Part shown: one piece after another, positions 1 to 9,047 of the stretch
Numbering within the stretch: the first letter of the stretch is position 1
Layout: every line of letters starts with the position of its first letter
DNA from: Planctomycetota bacterium
GTDB taxonomy: Bacteria > Planctomycetota > B15-G4 > SIAN01
Assembly (NCBI GenBank): GCA_031409275.1
Contig: JANNXA010000046.1
Coordinates: forward strand, 1-37,570
Length of the DNA stretch: 37,570 nucleotides
Direction of reading: 5' to 3'
Notes under the pieces: generated by a model
The model's database searches: none
Seen by the model: only the letters and a program-made list of their open reading frames with translations
Told to the model about the DNA's origin: nothing
Position numbers and translations under genes: made by a program

Positions 1-2
1 TC

Positions 3-233
3 ACCGGCGGCGCGCCCGGCGTGCTGGGGCTGATCGCGGTGGTCTCCGTCGACGGCGTGCCGCTCTTCCAGCCGGTCGCCTTCGCGGCGCTCGACAGCTT
101 CGGTGAGCTCACCTACGGCGATGTCGCCGACAGCTCGCTGACGGGCCTCACCATCGAGGTGCAGGGCCTCTGCCAAAAGCCGACTGGCCGCGGCGTGCTC
201 TTCAGCGTGCCCGAGACGATCGAGTTCCGCTGA
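3..233 (+). CDS. 3' end of a gene truncated by the window edge; probable C-terminal beta-rich domain of a secreted protein
   Basis: Frame open from the window edge to TGA at 231-233 (...GVLGLIAVVSVDGVPLFQPVAF...PETIEFR) with host-like GC3-rich codons. No family recognised. Confidence 0.6.
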   Translation, partial: TGGAPGVLGLIAVVSVDGVPLFQPVAFAALDSFGELTYGDVADSSLTGLTIEVQGLCQKPTGRGVLFSVPETIEFR

Positions 234-303
234 GTTTCGCGGCCGCCGCCGCACCGCACCGGCGTCACCGCCTTGCCGTTACGCCCTGCGACGGCGCCGC
301 CCG

Positions 304-558
304 TCAGCTCCGCCGCTCGAGTTCCTGCGCCAGCGCGTCGACATCGAACTTCGCGCGGTCCTTGGCGGTGAGCGGCGGGAGGCGCGGGTCGACGCCTTGG
401 CCGAACTGCTCCGGCGCATCGGCGCGGTGGCGGCGGCGCGAGCGGCGCCACGCGCGCCACGGCGCGAGCAGCAGATCGAGCAGCCTCTCGAGCGCGCCGC
501 GCGTCGGCGGCTCGCGCTGCGATGGGATCGCGTTGGGGATCTCGCTCGGGTAGCCCAT
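304..558 (-). CDS. small hypothetical protein (84 aa)
   Basis: ATG at 558 lies 11 nt after the HAD gene stop on the same strand; MGYPSEIPNAIPSQREPPTRGALERLLDLLLAPWRAWRR... Probably the last gene of the operon. Confidence 0.55.
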   Translation of the reverse strand: MGYPSEIPNAIPSQREPPTRGALERLLDLLLAPWRAWRRSRRRHRADAPEQFGQGVDPRLPPLTAKDRAKFDVDALAQELERRS

Positions 559-569
559 CGGCCGACTCG

Positions 570-1232
570 CTAGCCACCGGCGTCGAAGCGCGCCAGCACC
601 TCGCGCGGGTGAGCCGCAAGGAAGCGCGCGCCGCTCGCTTCGAGCTCGGCCTGCTCGCGAAAGCCCCACAGGACGCCGAGAGGAACGAAGCCCGCGCGCC
701 GCGCCGTCTCCATGTCGGTGCCGGTGTCGCCGACGTAGAGCACCTCTGTCGGCGAGCACCCGAACTGCGCCGCCATTTCGAGCGCGGCAGTCGGATCGGG
801 TTTCGGCGGGCAGCCCTCGCGCTGTCCACGGATCGCAGTGAAGCGGCCGGCGATTCCGAGCCCCGCCACCGTCTGCAGCGTCAGCGCGTCGGGCTTGTTC
901 GACAGCACGCCGAGCGGCGCGCCGCGCTGCGCCAGCGCCGCGAGCAACTCCTCGATGCCGTCGTAGAGGCGCGCGGAGTCGAGCACGTGCGTCGCGTATC
1001 GCGCGCGCATGACGGCCAGCAGCTCGGGCAGTCGCGCCTCATGGCCGCGCGGCAACACCCGCTCCGCCAGCTTCGCGATGCCGTCGCCGACGAAACGGTT
1101 GAAAGCGGGCAGCGGGTGGGTCGGCAGGCCGAGCTCGCGCAGCGCGAAGTTCGCCACGCCGGCGATGGTGGCCAGCGTGTCGGCCAGCGTGCCGTCGAGG
1201 TCGAAGACGACCGCGCGGAAGGGGCGGCTCAT
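570..1232 (-). CDS. HAD-superfamily hydrolase, phosphoglycolate phosphatase-like (220 aa)
   Basis: Motif I VVFDLDGTL, motif II LSNK, motif III KPDP, motif IV YVGDTGTD. ATG at 1232 forms an ATGA overlap with the upstream stop. Confidence 0.9.
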   Translation of the reverse strand: MSRPFRAVVFDLDGTLADTLATIAGVANFALRELGLPTHPLPAFNRFVGDGIAKLAERVLPRGHEARLPELLAVMRARYATHVLDSARLYDGIEELLAALAQRGAPLGVLSNKPDALTLQTVAGLGIAGRFTAIRGQREGCPPKPDPTAALEMAAQFGCSPTEVLYVGDTGTDMETARRAGFVPLGVLWGFREQAELEASGARFLAAHPREVLARFDAGG

Positions 1233-4200
1233 CGCACGTCGCGTCCACCGGTCGTCGCGGCCGGCTCGATCGCGCTGCCATCCTCGACGTGGAACGTGGT
1301 GCTGTCGCTGCTCTCGCCCGCTTCGATCGTGACGAGGTAGTCGCCGGGCTTCAGCCGTTGGTCGCGCATGGACGGCATTCCGGGCGCGTCGACGTCGAGC
1401 GCCAGGTTCCAGCGCACGACCTGCAGGCCGGCGCTGCCCGGGCCCGTGAGGCGCGCGACGATGGCGCCGCTGACGTTCTTCACGGCGAGCGCGACGTTGG
1501 CCTCGCTGCCGTGGCGGCGCCACCACCAGAACTCGACGCCGTCGCGCGGGTTCTGGCCGTGGAAGCGCGGCGCCGCATAGGAGTTCGAGCCGGGCAGTCG
1601 CGGGGCGAGCGTCACCGTGCGCGGCTCGAGCAGTTCGAGCTCGGAGGCCACCACGTCCTTGTTCAGCTGCTCGAGCGGCGTGATGTCGGCGATCCAGAGG
1701 CCGCGGCCGTGCGTGGCGGCGACGAGCTCCCGCTCGCGCGGATGGACGACGAGGTCGAAGACGGGAACGGTGGGGAGCGCCCCGTCGAGCGCGACGAAGG
1801 TGTCGCCGTCGTCGATCGAGTAGTGGCAGCCGACCGAGCTGCCGGCGAAGAGGATGCCGCGGCGCCGCGGCGACTGCGCCAGCGCGTGGAGGTTCTGAGC
1901 CGGCAGCCCGGTGCCGATGCGCGTGAAGGTGCGGCCGAAGTCGCGGCTGCGATAGAGCCACGGCGCGCAGTCGTCGCTGCGGCGACCATCCAGGGCGACG
2001 AAGAGCGTCTCCTTGTCGTGGCTCGAGAAGAGCAGATCGGCGACGTAGCGCGGGCCGGGGAGGTCGGGCAGCCGCTCGGCGAGGCTCTCCCAGGTGCGAC
2101 CGCCGTCGCGCGTCAGCCACAGCGCGCCGTCGTCGGTGCCCACCGCGACGACATCGGCGAAGCGCGGCGATTCGGCGATCGCAGTCGCGCTGCCGCGCGC
2201 CGTGCGCGACAGCTCGGGGCTCACGCTGGTCCAGTCATCGCCGCGATTCACCGACTTGAAGAGCTGCTCGCCGCCGCACCAGAGCGTGCGCGAGTTGTGC
2301 GGCGACAGCAGGAACGGCGTGTTCCAGCAGAAGCGCTTGCCCGGCGGGCGGATGTCCGCGCGCGTGCCGCTGTCGAGGTCGAAGCGGGCGAGCGCGCCGT
2401 TCTGGCTTTCGGAGTAGACGAGGGTCGCATCGTCGGGGTCGATGGCGCACTGGAAACCGTCGCCGCCGTTCGCGTAGATCCAGGCGTCGCCGGGAATGCC
2501 TTGTCGGCGTCGAGTCGCGCTCGGTCCGACCCAGCTGCCGTTGTCCTGCAGGCCGCCCGCCACCGTGTAGGGGCGGTCCATGCCGACCGCGACGCTGTAG
2601 AACTGGCCGATCGGCAGCTTCTCGTTCATCTCCCAATGTCTGCCCGCGTCGAAGCTCGCGTAGAGGCCGCCATCGTTGCCGAGCAGCAGATGGTCGCCGT
2701 CGTTCGGATCGATCCACAGCGCGTGGTGGTCGGGGTGGGCGTCGCTGGCGCCTTGCGCGTCGAAGGTGATGCCGCCATCACGCGACACGTGCAGCGAGAT
2801 GCCCAGGACCCACAGTCGCTTGGCGTCGCGCGGGTCGACGCGCACCTGGCTGTAATAGAAGGGCCGCGGATTGAGGCTGTTGATGCGCTGCCACGTCGCG
2901 CCGCGATCCTCGCTGCGGAACAAGCCGCCCGTCTCGAAACCGCGTGCGCCTTGCCGCTCCTGCGCGTTCGCCGACTGTCCGCCTTGCTCGCCGCCGAAGT
3001 CGCCGCTGGTGCCGGGCCGACGCCCGAACTTGACCTTGAAGGTCTGCTCGTTGCCTTCGCGGCGCACGACGACGTCGACCTCCTCGCCCGCCGTGCGCAC
3101 GTCGAGCAGCGTGCGCAGCTCCTCGAACGTGTGGATCGCGGAGTCGCCGATGCGCAGGAGCGTGTCGCCCTTGGCGATGCCCGCCGCTGCCGCCGGCCCG
3201 CCCTCGATCGATTCGCTCAGCACGTAGCCATCGGCGCTGCTTTCGCCGCGCACGCCGAGCCACGCCGGCCCCGAATCGTCCGGCGACTGGCCGGGCGCGG
3301 TCTTGCCCGTCAGCTCGCTCTGCACGGTGGCGAAGACGATGCGCGAATCGGCGGCGAAGAGGTCGAACCCGACGCGGCCGAGCGCCACCGTCGGCAGTCC
3401 GGCGCTCGAGCGTGTGAAGGTGGCGCCACCATCGATCGAACGCCAGATCGCCCCGCCCGGCCCGAACTGCACGGCCGGGTCGCCGTCGTCGAACTCGTCG
3501 CGTCGCCGCTGCCACGTCGCCGCGTGGACGATCGCCGGCTCCTGCGGATCGATGGCGACGTCGATGCAACCGGTCGCCGCGTCGACGAAGAGGACACGCT
3601 GCCAGGTGGCGCCGCCGTCCTGCGTGCGGTAGAGGCCGCGCTCGTCGTTGTCGCCCCACGTGTGGCCGACGGCGGCGACGAAGAGGAGATTCGGGTCGGT
3701 GGGGTGGATCGCGATGCGGCCGATGGCGCGGCTGTCGGCGAGCCCCATGAACGTGAAGCTCTTGCCGCCATCGATCGACTTGAAGACGCCAGCGCCGGGG
3801 ATCACCGAGTTGCGCGGATTGGCTTCGCCGGTGCCGAGCCACACGATCGCCGAATCGGAGGGCGCGATGGCGACATCGCCGATCGAGGCGGTCGGCCCGC
3901 TCTCGAAGACGGCGGCGAAGTGGGTGCCGGCGTTCTCGGTCTTGAAGAGCCCGCCGCTCGCGGTGGCGACGAAGAAGGTGCTGCTGCGCCGTGGGTCGAC
4001 GGCGAGGTCGGTGATGCGGCCGCCCATGTTCACGGGCCCAAGGGCACGCCACGAGAGGTCGTCGAAGAGCGCGCTGCTCCAGGGGGCTTCGATGCCGCCG
4101 GCGGGCGTTGGCGCGACGGCGGGTGCCGGCGCGGGCGTTGGCTCGGGCGTCGGCGCGGAGGCCTCCTGCAAGGTCGCCGCCGACGCGGTCGCGCAGCAGC

Positions 4201-4234
4201 AGAGCAAGGCGAATCGAAGTGCGGCGTCGTGCAT
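1229..4234 (-). CDS. secreted BNR/Asp-box (Vps10/sortilin-like) beta-propeller protein with an internal PDZ domain (1001 aa)
   Basis: Signal-like N-terminus, WRALGPVNMGGRITDLAV start, many S/TxDGGxTW/F Asp-boxes, GGLQDNGSW and GGDGF motifs. PDZ-like segment at about 3024-3265 (AWLGV...GGPAAAAGIAKGDTLLRIG...VVVRREG). RBS-like GAGGA upstream. Confidence 0.85.
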   Translation of the reverse strand: MHDAALRFALLCCCATASAATLQEASAPTPEPTPAPAPAVAPTPAGGIEAPWSSALFDDLSWRALGPVNMGGRITDLAVDPRRSSTFFVATASGGLFKTENAGTHFAAVFESGPTASIGDVAIAPSDSAIVWLGTGEANPRNSVIPGAGVFKSIDGGKSFTFMGLADSRAIGRIAIHPTDPNLLFVAAVGHTWGDNDERGLYRTQDGGATWQRVLFVDAATGCIDVAIDPQEPAIVHAATWQRRRDEFDDGDPAVQFGPGGAIWRSIDGGATFTRSSAGLPTVALGRVGFDLFAADSRIVFATVQSELTGKTAPGQSPDDSGPAWLGVRGESSADGYVLSESIEGGPAAAAGIAKGDTLLRIGDSAIHTFEELRTLLDVRTAGEEVDVVVRREGNEQTFKVKFGRRPGTSGDFGGEQGGQSANAQERQGARGFETGGLFRSEDRGATWQRINSLNPRPFYYSQVRVDPRDAKRLWVLGISLHVSRDGGITFDAQGASDAHPDHHALWIDPNDGDHLLLGNDGGLYASFDAGRHWEMNEKLPIGQFYSVAVGMDRPYTVAGGLQDNGSWVGPSATRRRQGIPGDAWIYANGGDGFQCAIDPDDATLVYSESQNGALARFDLDSGTRADIRPPGKRFCWNTPFLLSPHNSRTLWCGGEQLFKSVNRGDDWTSVSPELSRTARGSATAIAESPRFADVVAVGTDDGALWLTRDGGRTWESLAERLPDLPGPRYVADLLFSSHDKETLFVALDGRRSDDCAPWLYRSRDFGRTFTRIGTGLPAQNLHALAQSPRRRGILFAGSSVGCHYSIDDGDTFVALDGALPTVPVFDLVVHPRERELVAATHGRGLWIADITPLEQLNKDVVASELELLEPRTVTLAPRLPGSNSYAAPRFHGQNPRDGVEFWWWRRHGSEANVALAVKNVSGAIVARLTGPGSAGLQVVRWNLALDVDAPGMPSMRDQRLKPGDYLVTIEAGESSDSTTFHVEDGSAIEPAATTGGRDVR

Positions 4235-4280
4235 CGACGGATCCTCTTCGAGCGAGTCTCAGTGGTTGACCAGTTCGGGC

Positions 4281-4331
4281 ACTCTACGAGGCGGCACCGC
4301 GGGGGGCGCGCCGGCGCCGCGTGGCTATGGT
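4281..4331. promoter_or_regulatory. divergent -10-like hexamers: TAGAGT (minus, 4281-4286) and TATGGT (plus, 4326-4331)
   Basis: TANNNT hexamers between the divergent genes; TATGGT lies 7 nt before ATG 4339. Confidence 0.4.
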
Positions 4332-4338
4332 CTCGCTC

Positions 4339-5919
4339 ATGAAGCGGATCGTGATCGTGTTGCTGTCGCTCTTCGTGGTCGCCGAGGTGGCGGTGCGAAT
4401 CGTGCTGCCTTCCGCGACGATCTCGCCGGACCGGTGGCGCGACGCCGGCAGCGACGCGCTTTGCGGTGCGGTCCGTTACGCCACCGACGCGAATGGCCAG
4501 CGCGCTCGGGCGACCGAGCGGCTCGCGTCGCCCCTCGCCCATCCCCTGCTGATCGTCGGCGGGAAGTTCACGGCGGCGCCCGGACTCGCGCTGTCGGAGC
4601 GATATCCCGAGCGGCTCGAGCGGCGTGCGCGCGCCGGCGGCTTCAGCGACGTCGTCGCGCTCGCGGTCGACGATCTCGAAGCGGCGGTGCGCTCGGCGCT
4701 GCAGTTGCCGCGTGCGCCGGCGGGCAGCGCTGGCCCGCCGCCGAGCGTCACCCGCCACGCGACCGGGCCGGATGTGCTGGTGATCGAGCTCGACGCGGCG
4801 CAGAGCGGGGCTGACGACGCGCTGTTCACCATCCAGAACGACGAACCCGGTCCGGCGCCGTTTCAGTTCGGCCCGGTGCGCGTGGTCGACGCGTGGGAAC
4901 TCTTTCGGCTGCGCCGCTGGCGTCGCAGCCATGAGGCGGCGCTCGTGGACCTCGTCCAGCGCGACGGCCTCACCGGCCGCGGCACGGCGCGAATGAAGCA
5001 ACGACTCGATCTCCTCACGCAGGCGCTGCGCGAGCGGAGCGTCGACGCCGCGCAGTTGCGCTACGCGCGCGCCGCGTTGGCGGAGCTGCATGGCCTGTCG
5101 CGTTCTCGCGCCCGCGCGACGACCGTGGCGCGCTTCACGCAGCTCTTCACGGAGCTGCGCGATCAGCAGCGCGCCGTGTTCGTCCTGGTGACCGGCCCGA
5201 CCGTGCTGAGCCTGGCCGTGGCGCAGACGGCGGAGAGCTTCGGCCACGTTGTCGTGCACGCGCCGCCCTTCGAACTCGATCCGCAGTTGCGGGTGATGTT
5301 GCCGTCGCCGCGCCCGGCCGGAGTCGTGCATGCGCAGGTCGCCGACACGCTGTGGGCCGCGCTGTCGCGGCGCGGCCTGCTCGCACCGTCGGCGGCGGCC
5401 CCAGCCGAAGTGATCGAACGGGCCGACGCCATCGAGCAGAGCTTCCAGTCGCGCGGCGGCTTCGATGAGTCGACGTTCCGGCTGCTCGAGAGCCAGGTCT
5501 CCGCGCAGGTCGAGGTCGGCTACGGGCCGCTGCCGCTCTCGGTGTTGTCGGGAGTCGGGGAGGACGGCCGCTTCGCCGCGGATGGGTGCGCCGAGCTGGT
5601 GCTGCGTCGTCCGTCGCTGCCGACCGAGTTCGTCGTGCGCTGCGAAGTGCCTGCCGGACAGCGGCCGCTGCTCGAGCTGCGCTACCTGCTCGACCGTCGA
5701 CTCATCAGCGAGCGCGTTTCGCCGAAGGAGCTCGGTGCAGTGGCCGGGCGCATCGGGCTCGAGCGTCTGGAGTGGAGCTTCGCGCCGCCCGCGCCGGTCG
5801 GTCCGATCGACTATCCGGGCATCGAGCTGCAGCTCGCGCCCGAGGCTTCTTCCGATCGCAGCGCGGTGCCCGAGTGCTTCCTGCGCGAGGCGCGTTTCCT
5901 GGTCCAGCCGCCCGAATAG
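4339..5919 (+). CDS. membrane-anchored protein with a degenerate SGNH/GDSL-like fold (526 aa)
   Basis: N-terminal TM helix MKRIVIVLLSLFVVAEVAVRIVLP; LLIVGGKFT...YPERLE resembles SGNH block I and SPRPAGVVHAQVADTL resembles block V. Start could also be 4327. Confidence 0.65.
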   Translation: MKRIVIVLLSLFVVAEVAVRIVLPSATISPDRWRDAGSDALCGAVRYATDANGQRARATERLASPLAHPLLIVGGKFTAAPGLALSERYPERLERRARAGGFSDVVALAVDDLEAAVRSALQLPRAPAGSAGPPPSVTRHATGPDVLVIELDAAQSGADDALFTIQNDEPGPAPFQFGPVRVVDAWELFRLRRWRRSHEAALVDLVQRDGLTGRGTARMKQRLDLLTQALRERSVDAAQLRYARAALAELHGLSRSRARATTVARFTQLFTELRDQQRAVFVLVTGPTVLSLAVAQTAESFGHVVVHAPPFELDPQLRVMLPSPRPAGVVHAQVADTLWAALSRRGLLAPSAAAPAEVIERADAIEQSFQSRGGFDESTFRLLESQVSAQVEVGYGPLPLSVLSGVGEDGRFAADGCAELVLRRPSLPTEFVVRCEVPAGQRPLLELRYLLDRRLISERVSPKELGAVAGRIGLERLEWSFAPPAPVGPIDYPGIELQLAPEASSDRSAVPECFLREARFLVQPPE

Positions 5920-5932
5920 CGCCCCGCTCGTG

Positions 5933-7642
5933 TTAGTCCGCGGCGCGGCCGTGCCCCGCTTCGAGGTCGTGGACGCGGCCGGCGTCGAGCGGTCCAAACT
6001 CCTCGCGCGTGCCGTCGGGCCAGCGCACGGTCACGCGGTCAGCGACGGCGGCTCCCGCCAGCCCGAACTGGAGCGTCAGCTCCTGCCACGAGGCGAAGGA
6101 GGCGGCGCCGCGGACCTCTTGTCGTTGCAGCAGCGTTCCCGCATGGACGTCGACGCGCGCGCCGATCGCGTCGCGGTTCTTGCCGCGCCCGTGGAGCGAC
6201 AACCGCAGCCAGCGGCCGACGCCGTGGCCGCTGCGCTCGGCGATGACGGCGTCGTGGCCATTGGTGCTGAGTGCGAGGTCGAGGTCGCCATCGCCGTCGA
6301 GATCGCCCGCCGCGAGCCCGCGCCCGACGAACGTCTGCGCGAAGAGCGGGCCCGCCTCGGAGCCGGCGGCGGTGAAGCGCCCCTTGCCGTCGTTCAAGAG
6401 GAGCTTCGGCTTCTGCGCGTAGCTCTGCGAGGCGTCGTAGGTGGCGACGCCGGCATGCAGGTGGCCGTTCAGGACCACGAGATCCTGGTCGCCATCGCCC
6501 TCGAAATCGAAGAAGCGGCTGCCCCAGCCGAAGTCGAGCACCGAGCTGCGACCGATGCCGCGCGCGAAGGCCTGCTCGTCGAAACGGCCACCGCCTTCGT
6601 TCACGTAGAGGGCGTTCGCCTCCATCGCGAGGTTGGTGACGATGAGGTCGAAGTCGAGGTCGCCATCGATGTCGGCGAAGTCGCAGCCCATGCATCCCTG
6701 CGTGCGGCCATCGCGGTCGTAGGAGATGCAGCTGCTCTCGGAGGCGTCGCTGAAGCGGAGCTCGCCGGGCTTGCCCTCGTTGCGGTAGAGGAAGTTCGGC
6801 GAGGAGTCGTTGGCCACGAAGAGGTCGAGATCGCCATCGTCGTCGACGTCGCTCGCGATGGCGCCGAGCGCCTTGCCGTCGCGGCGCACCACGCCGACCT
6901 GGAACGTCACGTCGGTGAAGGTGCCGTCGCCGTTGTTGCGGTAGAGCAGATCGGGCTCGGCCTCGAAGACGTCGGGATGGCAGTAGGACTTCTCGGCCGG
7001 CGGGAGCGCGCAGGTGCGATGGAGCGCGAGCGTCCATTTCACGTAGTTGCCGACGTAGAGGTCGAGGTCGCCGTCGCGGTCGAAGTCGGCCCAGAGCGCG
7101 GTGCCGGCGTAGCGCTCGTCACCGACGCCCGCCTTCGCGGTGACGTCCTCGAAGGTCCCGTCGCCGCGATTGCGAAAGAGCGTGTTGCGGCCGAGCCCGT
7201 AGACGAAGAGGTCGCGCCAGCCATCGCCGTCGTAGTCGCCGCACAGCACTCCGGTGCCGTAGAGAACCGCGCCGCAATTCGCCGTCCGCGTCACGTTGCT
7301 GAAGTGCAGACCACCGTCGTTGCGCCACAGCTGGCTCGTCGGCGGGCTGCTGCCGGTATTGCCTTCGAGCGAACCGCCCTGGACGAAGTAGAGGTCGAGG
7401 TCGCCATCGCCGTCGTAGTCGAAGCAGCCGAGTCCGGCGCCGTTGGTCTCCGGGAAGTACATCGCGCCGTTCGCGCCGTTCTCATGGTGGAAACGCACGC
7501 CGCTCGCCGCCGTCACGTCGACGAACCCGACGCGGCTCGCCGCCACCTCCCGCGGCTTCGAGTCGTCGGGATCGTCGCAGCTAGCGAGGCTCGCCGCCAG
7601 CAGTCCGAGCGACCACCGCAAGCGCCGCGGAGCGCGACTCAT
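5933..7642 (-). CDS. CRTAC1/ASPIC-UnbV family FG-GAP repeat lipoprotein, copy 1 (569 aa)
   Basis: Lipobox LASC; repeated DxDGDGDLDL Ca-binding FG-GAP motifs; C-terminal NRDAIGARV...FGLAG...VRWPDG (ASPIC/UnbV). ATGA overlap with the TPR stop at 7639. Confidence 0.9.
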   Translation of the reverse strand: MSRAPRRLRWSLGLLAASLASCDDPDDSKPREVAASRVGFVDVTAASGVRFHHENGANGAMYFPETNGAGLGCFDYDGDGDLDLYFVQGGSLEGNTGSSPPTSQLWRNDGGLHFSNVTRTANCGAVLYGTGVLCGDYDGDGWRDLFVYGLGRNTLFRNRGDGTFEDVTAKAGVGDERYAGTALWADFDRDGDLDLYVGNYVKWTLALHRTCALPPAEKSYCHPDVFEAEPDLLYRNNGDGTFTDVTFQVGVVRRDGKALGAIASDVDDDGDLDLFVANDSSPNFLYRNEGKPGELRFSDASESSCISYDRDGRTQGCMGCDFADIDGDLDFDLIVTNLAMEANALYVNEGGGRFDEQAFARGIGRSSVLDFGWGSRFFDFEGDGDQDLVVLNGHLHAGVATYDASQSYAQKPKLLLNDGKGRFTAAGSEAGPLFAQTFVGRGLAAGDLDGDGDLDLALSTNGHDAVIAERSGHGVGRWLRLSLHGRGKNRDAIGARVDVHAGTLLQRQEVRGAASFASWQELTLQFGLAGAAVADRVTVRWPDGTREEFGPLDAGRVHDLEAGHGRAAD

Positions 7643-8766
7643 GGCGCATCCCACAGCGTGCGCAACGGCAGCGGCAGCTGCGTCGCGGACGCGTTTGCGA
7701 CCGCCGCGCGCCACGCCTTCACGCGCGCACCTGCGCCGGCGCGGTCGCCGTTTCGCCAGGCGAGCTCGATCCCCAGCAGGTGCGCTTCGTTCGTGGCGGG
7801 CAGCGCGCGCAGCAGGTCATCGACCGCGAGCCGCGCCTCCGCATCGCGCTTCAGTTCGACGAGCGCGCGCGCGAACTCGAGGCGTGCCTTCTCGTTCTTC
7901 GGATCGAGGTTGGCAAGTTCGCCCCACCATTGAAGCCGTCGCTCGGGCTCGCGAAGGTCGCGGCCGGTGGTGTTGTCGTAGAGGTGGTTCAGCGCTCGGT
8001 GGATCTTCTCTTCGCGCGTCGCGTCTGCGTCCCGGCCGAGCTCGCGGTAGAGGCGCGAGAGCCGGAAGTGGCTCGGCAGGTGGTTGCGCTCGAGCTCGAT
8101 CGTCGCCTCGAAGGCGGCGGCGGCTTGCGCCGGTTGCCCCGCCGTCTCGAGCGTGAGGCCGCGCTCGTAGAGCGTGTCGGGGAAGCGGGGATGGAGTTCG
8201 GCGGCGCGTGCGAGGCGGGCGAGCGCGGCGTCGTGATCGCCGCGCAGTCGCGCCAACACGCCGAGGAAGTGCTCCGCTTCGCCGCGCATCTCGCGCGGTG
8301 TGGTGTCGCGGGCCGCGGCCGCGAAGAGCAGCAGCTCGCGCTCCGCTTCCTCGTATTCGACGAGGCCGTACGCCGCGAGGCCGAGCCCCCAGTGCGCTTC
8401 GACCTGGTGGGGGTCGAGTTCGAGCGCGCGGTGGAAGGCGTCACGCGCGCGCGAATAGGACATTCCGGCACTCGACAGGACCGTGCTCCGTCCGAGCCAG
8501 TACCACGCCGACGCGAAGGAAGGGTCCGCGCGCGTCGCTTCGTCGAAGGCGGCGCGAGCTGCGGGCAGGTCGGCACCGGTGTAGAGACGCTGACCGCGGT
8601 CGAGCGCGGCCTGCGCGGCGTTTCGATCGCCGGTCACCGTGGCGGCAAGCGGCGGCGTCGAGGCCGCGGCGGGAGCCGCCGACGGTTGCGGAGCTGGAGT
8701 CGGTGAGTCGCCGCACGCCGTCAGCGCGGCCGACGCGGCGACGAGCGGCAGCAGCCGTCGAATCAG
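7639..8766 (-). CDS. TPR-repeat lipoprotein, copy 1 (~375 aa; start uncertain, probably CTG)
   Basis: Lipoprotein signal IRRLLPLVAASAALTAC and TPR helices (AWYWLG, RALELDPHQVEAHWGLG, LYERGLTLE). No in-frame ATG/GTG/TTG close to the signal peptide; CTG at 8766 overlaps the upstream TGA. Confidence 0.8.
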   Translation of the reverse strand: MIRRLLPLVAASAALTACGDSPTPAPQPSAAPAAASTPPLAATVTGDRNAAQAALDRGQRLYTGADLPAARAAFDEATRADPSFASAWYWLGRSTVLSSAGMSYSRARDAFHRALELDPHQVEAHWGLGLAAYGLVEYEEAERELLLFAAAARDTTPREMRGEAEHFLGVLARLRGDHDAALARLARAAELHPRFPDTLYERGLTLETAGQPAQAAAAFEATIELERNHLPSHFRLSRLYRELGRDADATREEKIHRALNHLYDNTTGRDLREPERRLQWWGELANLDPKNEKARLEFARALVELKRDAEARLAVDDLLRALPATNEAHLLGIELAWRNGDRAGAGARVKAWRAAVANASATQLPLPLRTLWDAP

Positions 8767-8912
8767 GGGGCCGAACGGCGCGTGGCGCTGTCGGGGTCGC
8801 GCACCGGCTCGATGGCGCGCGTTTTGTCGCAGTGCAACACGAGGCAATGGAAGCCGAAGGCGATCGCCAGTACGAGCAGCACGGCAGCCAGGAGCAGTGG
8901 GATCCAGCTCAT
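8763..8912 (-). CDS. small single-pass membrane protein (49 aa), not in the ORF track
   Basis: Hand translation MSWIPLLLAAVLLVLAIAFGFHCLVLHCDKTRAIEPVRDPDSATRRSAP*. GGAG lies upstream, and the stop overlaps the probable TPR start. Confidence 0.65.
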   Translation of the reverse strand: MSWIPLLLAAVLLVLAIAFGFHCLVLHCDKTRAIEPVRDPDSATRRSAP

Positions 8913-9023
8913 CGACGTGCGGTTTCTCCACGATGCAGGGGCTCAGTCCGTATGAGGTGAGCAAGGAAGGTACCAGTTGGATGCCATCGTCCAAGGGTGC
9001 GTTGAAACGCAGTTTTCGGGCGG

Positions 9024-9047
9024 AATAAGCGCGCCTCCTCAGGCGCG
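9024..9047 (-). terminator. possible weak intrinsic terminator after CRTAC1 copy 2
   Basis: Stem CGCGCCT/AGGCGCG (9030-9047) with a 4-nt loop directly after the stop, followed by CTTATT on the minus strand. Confidence 0.4.
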
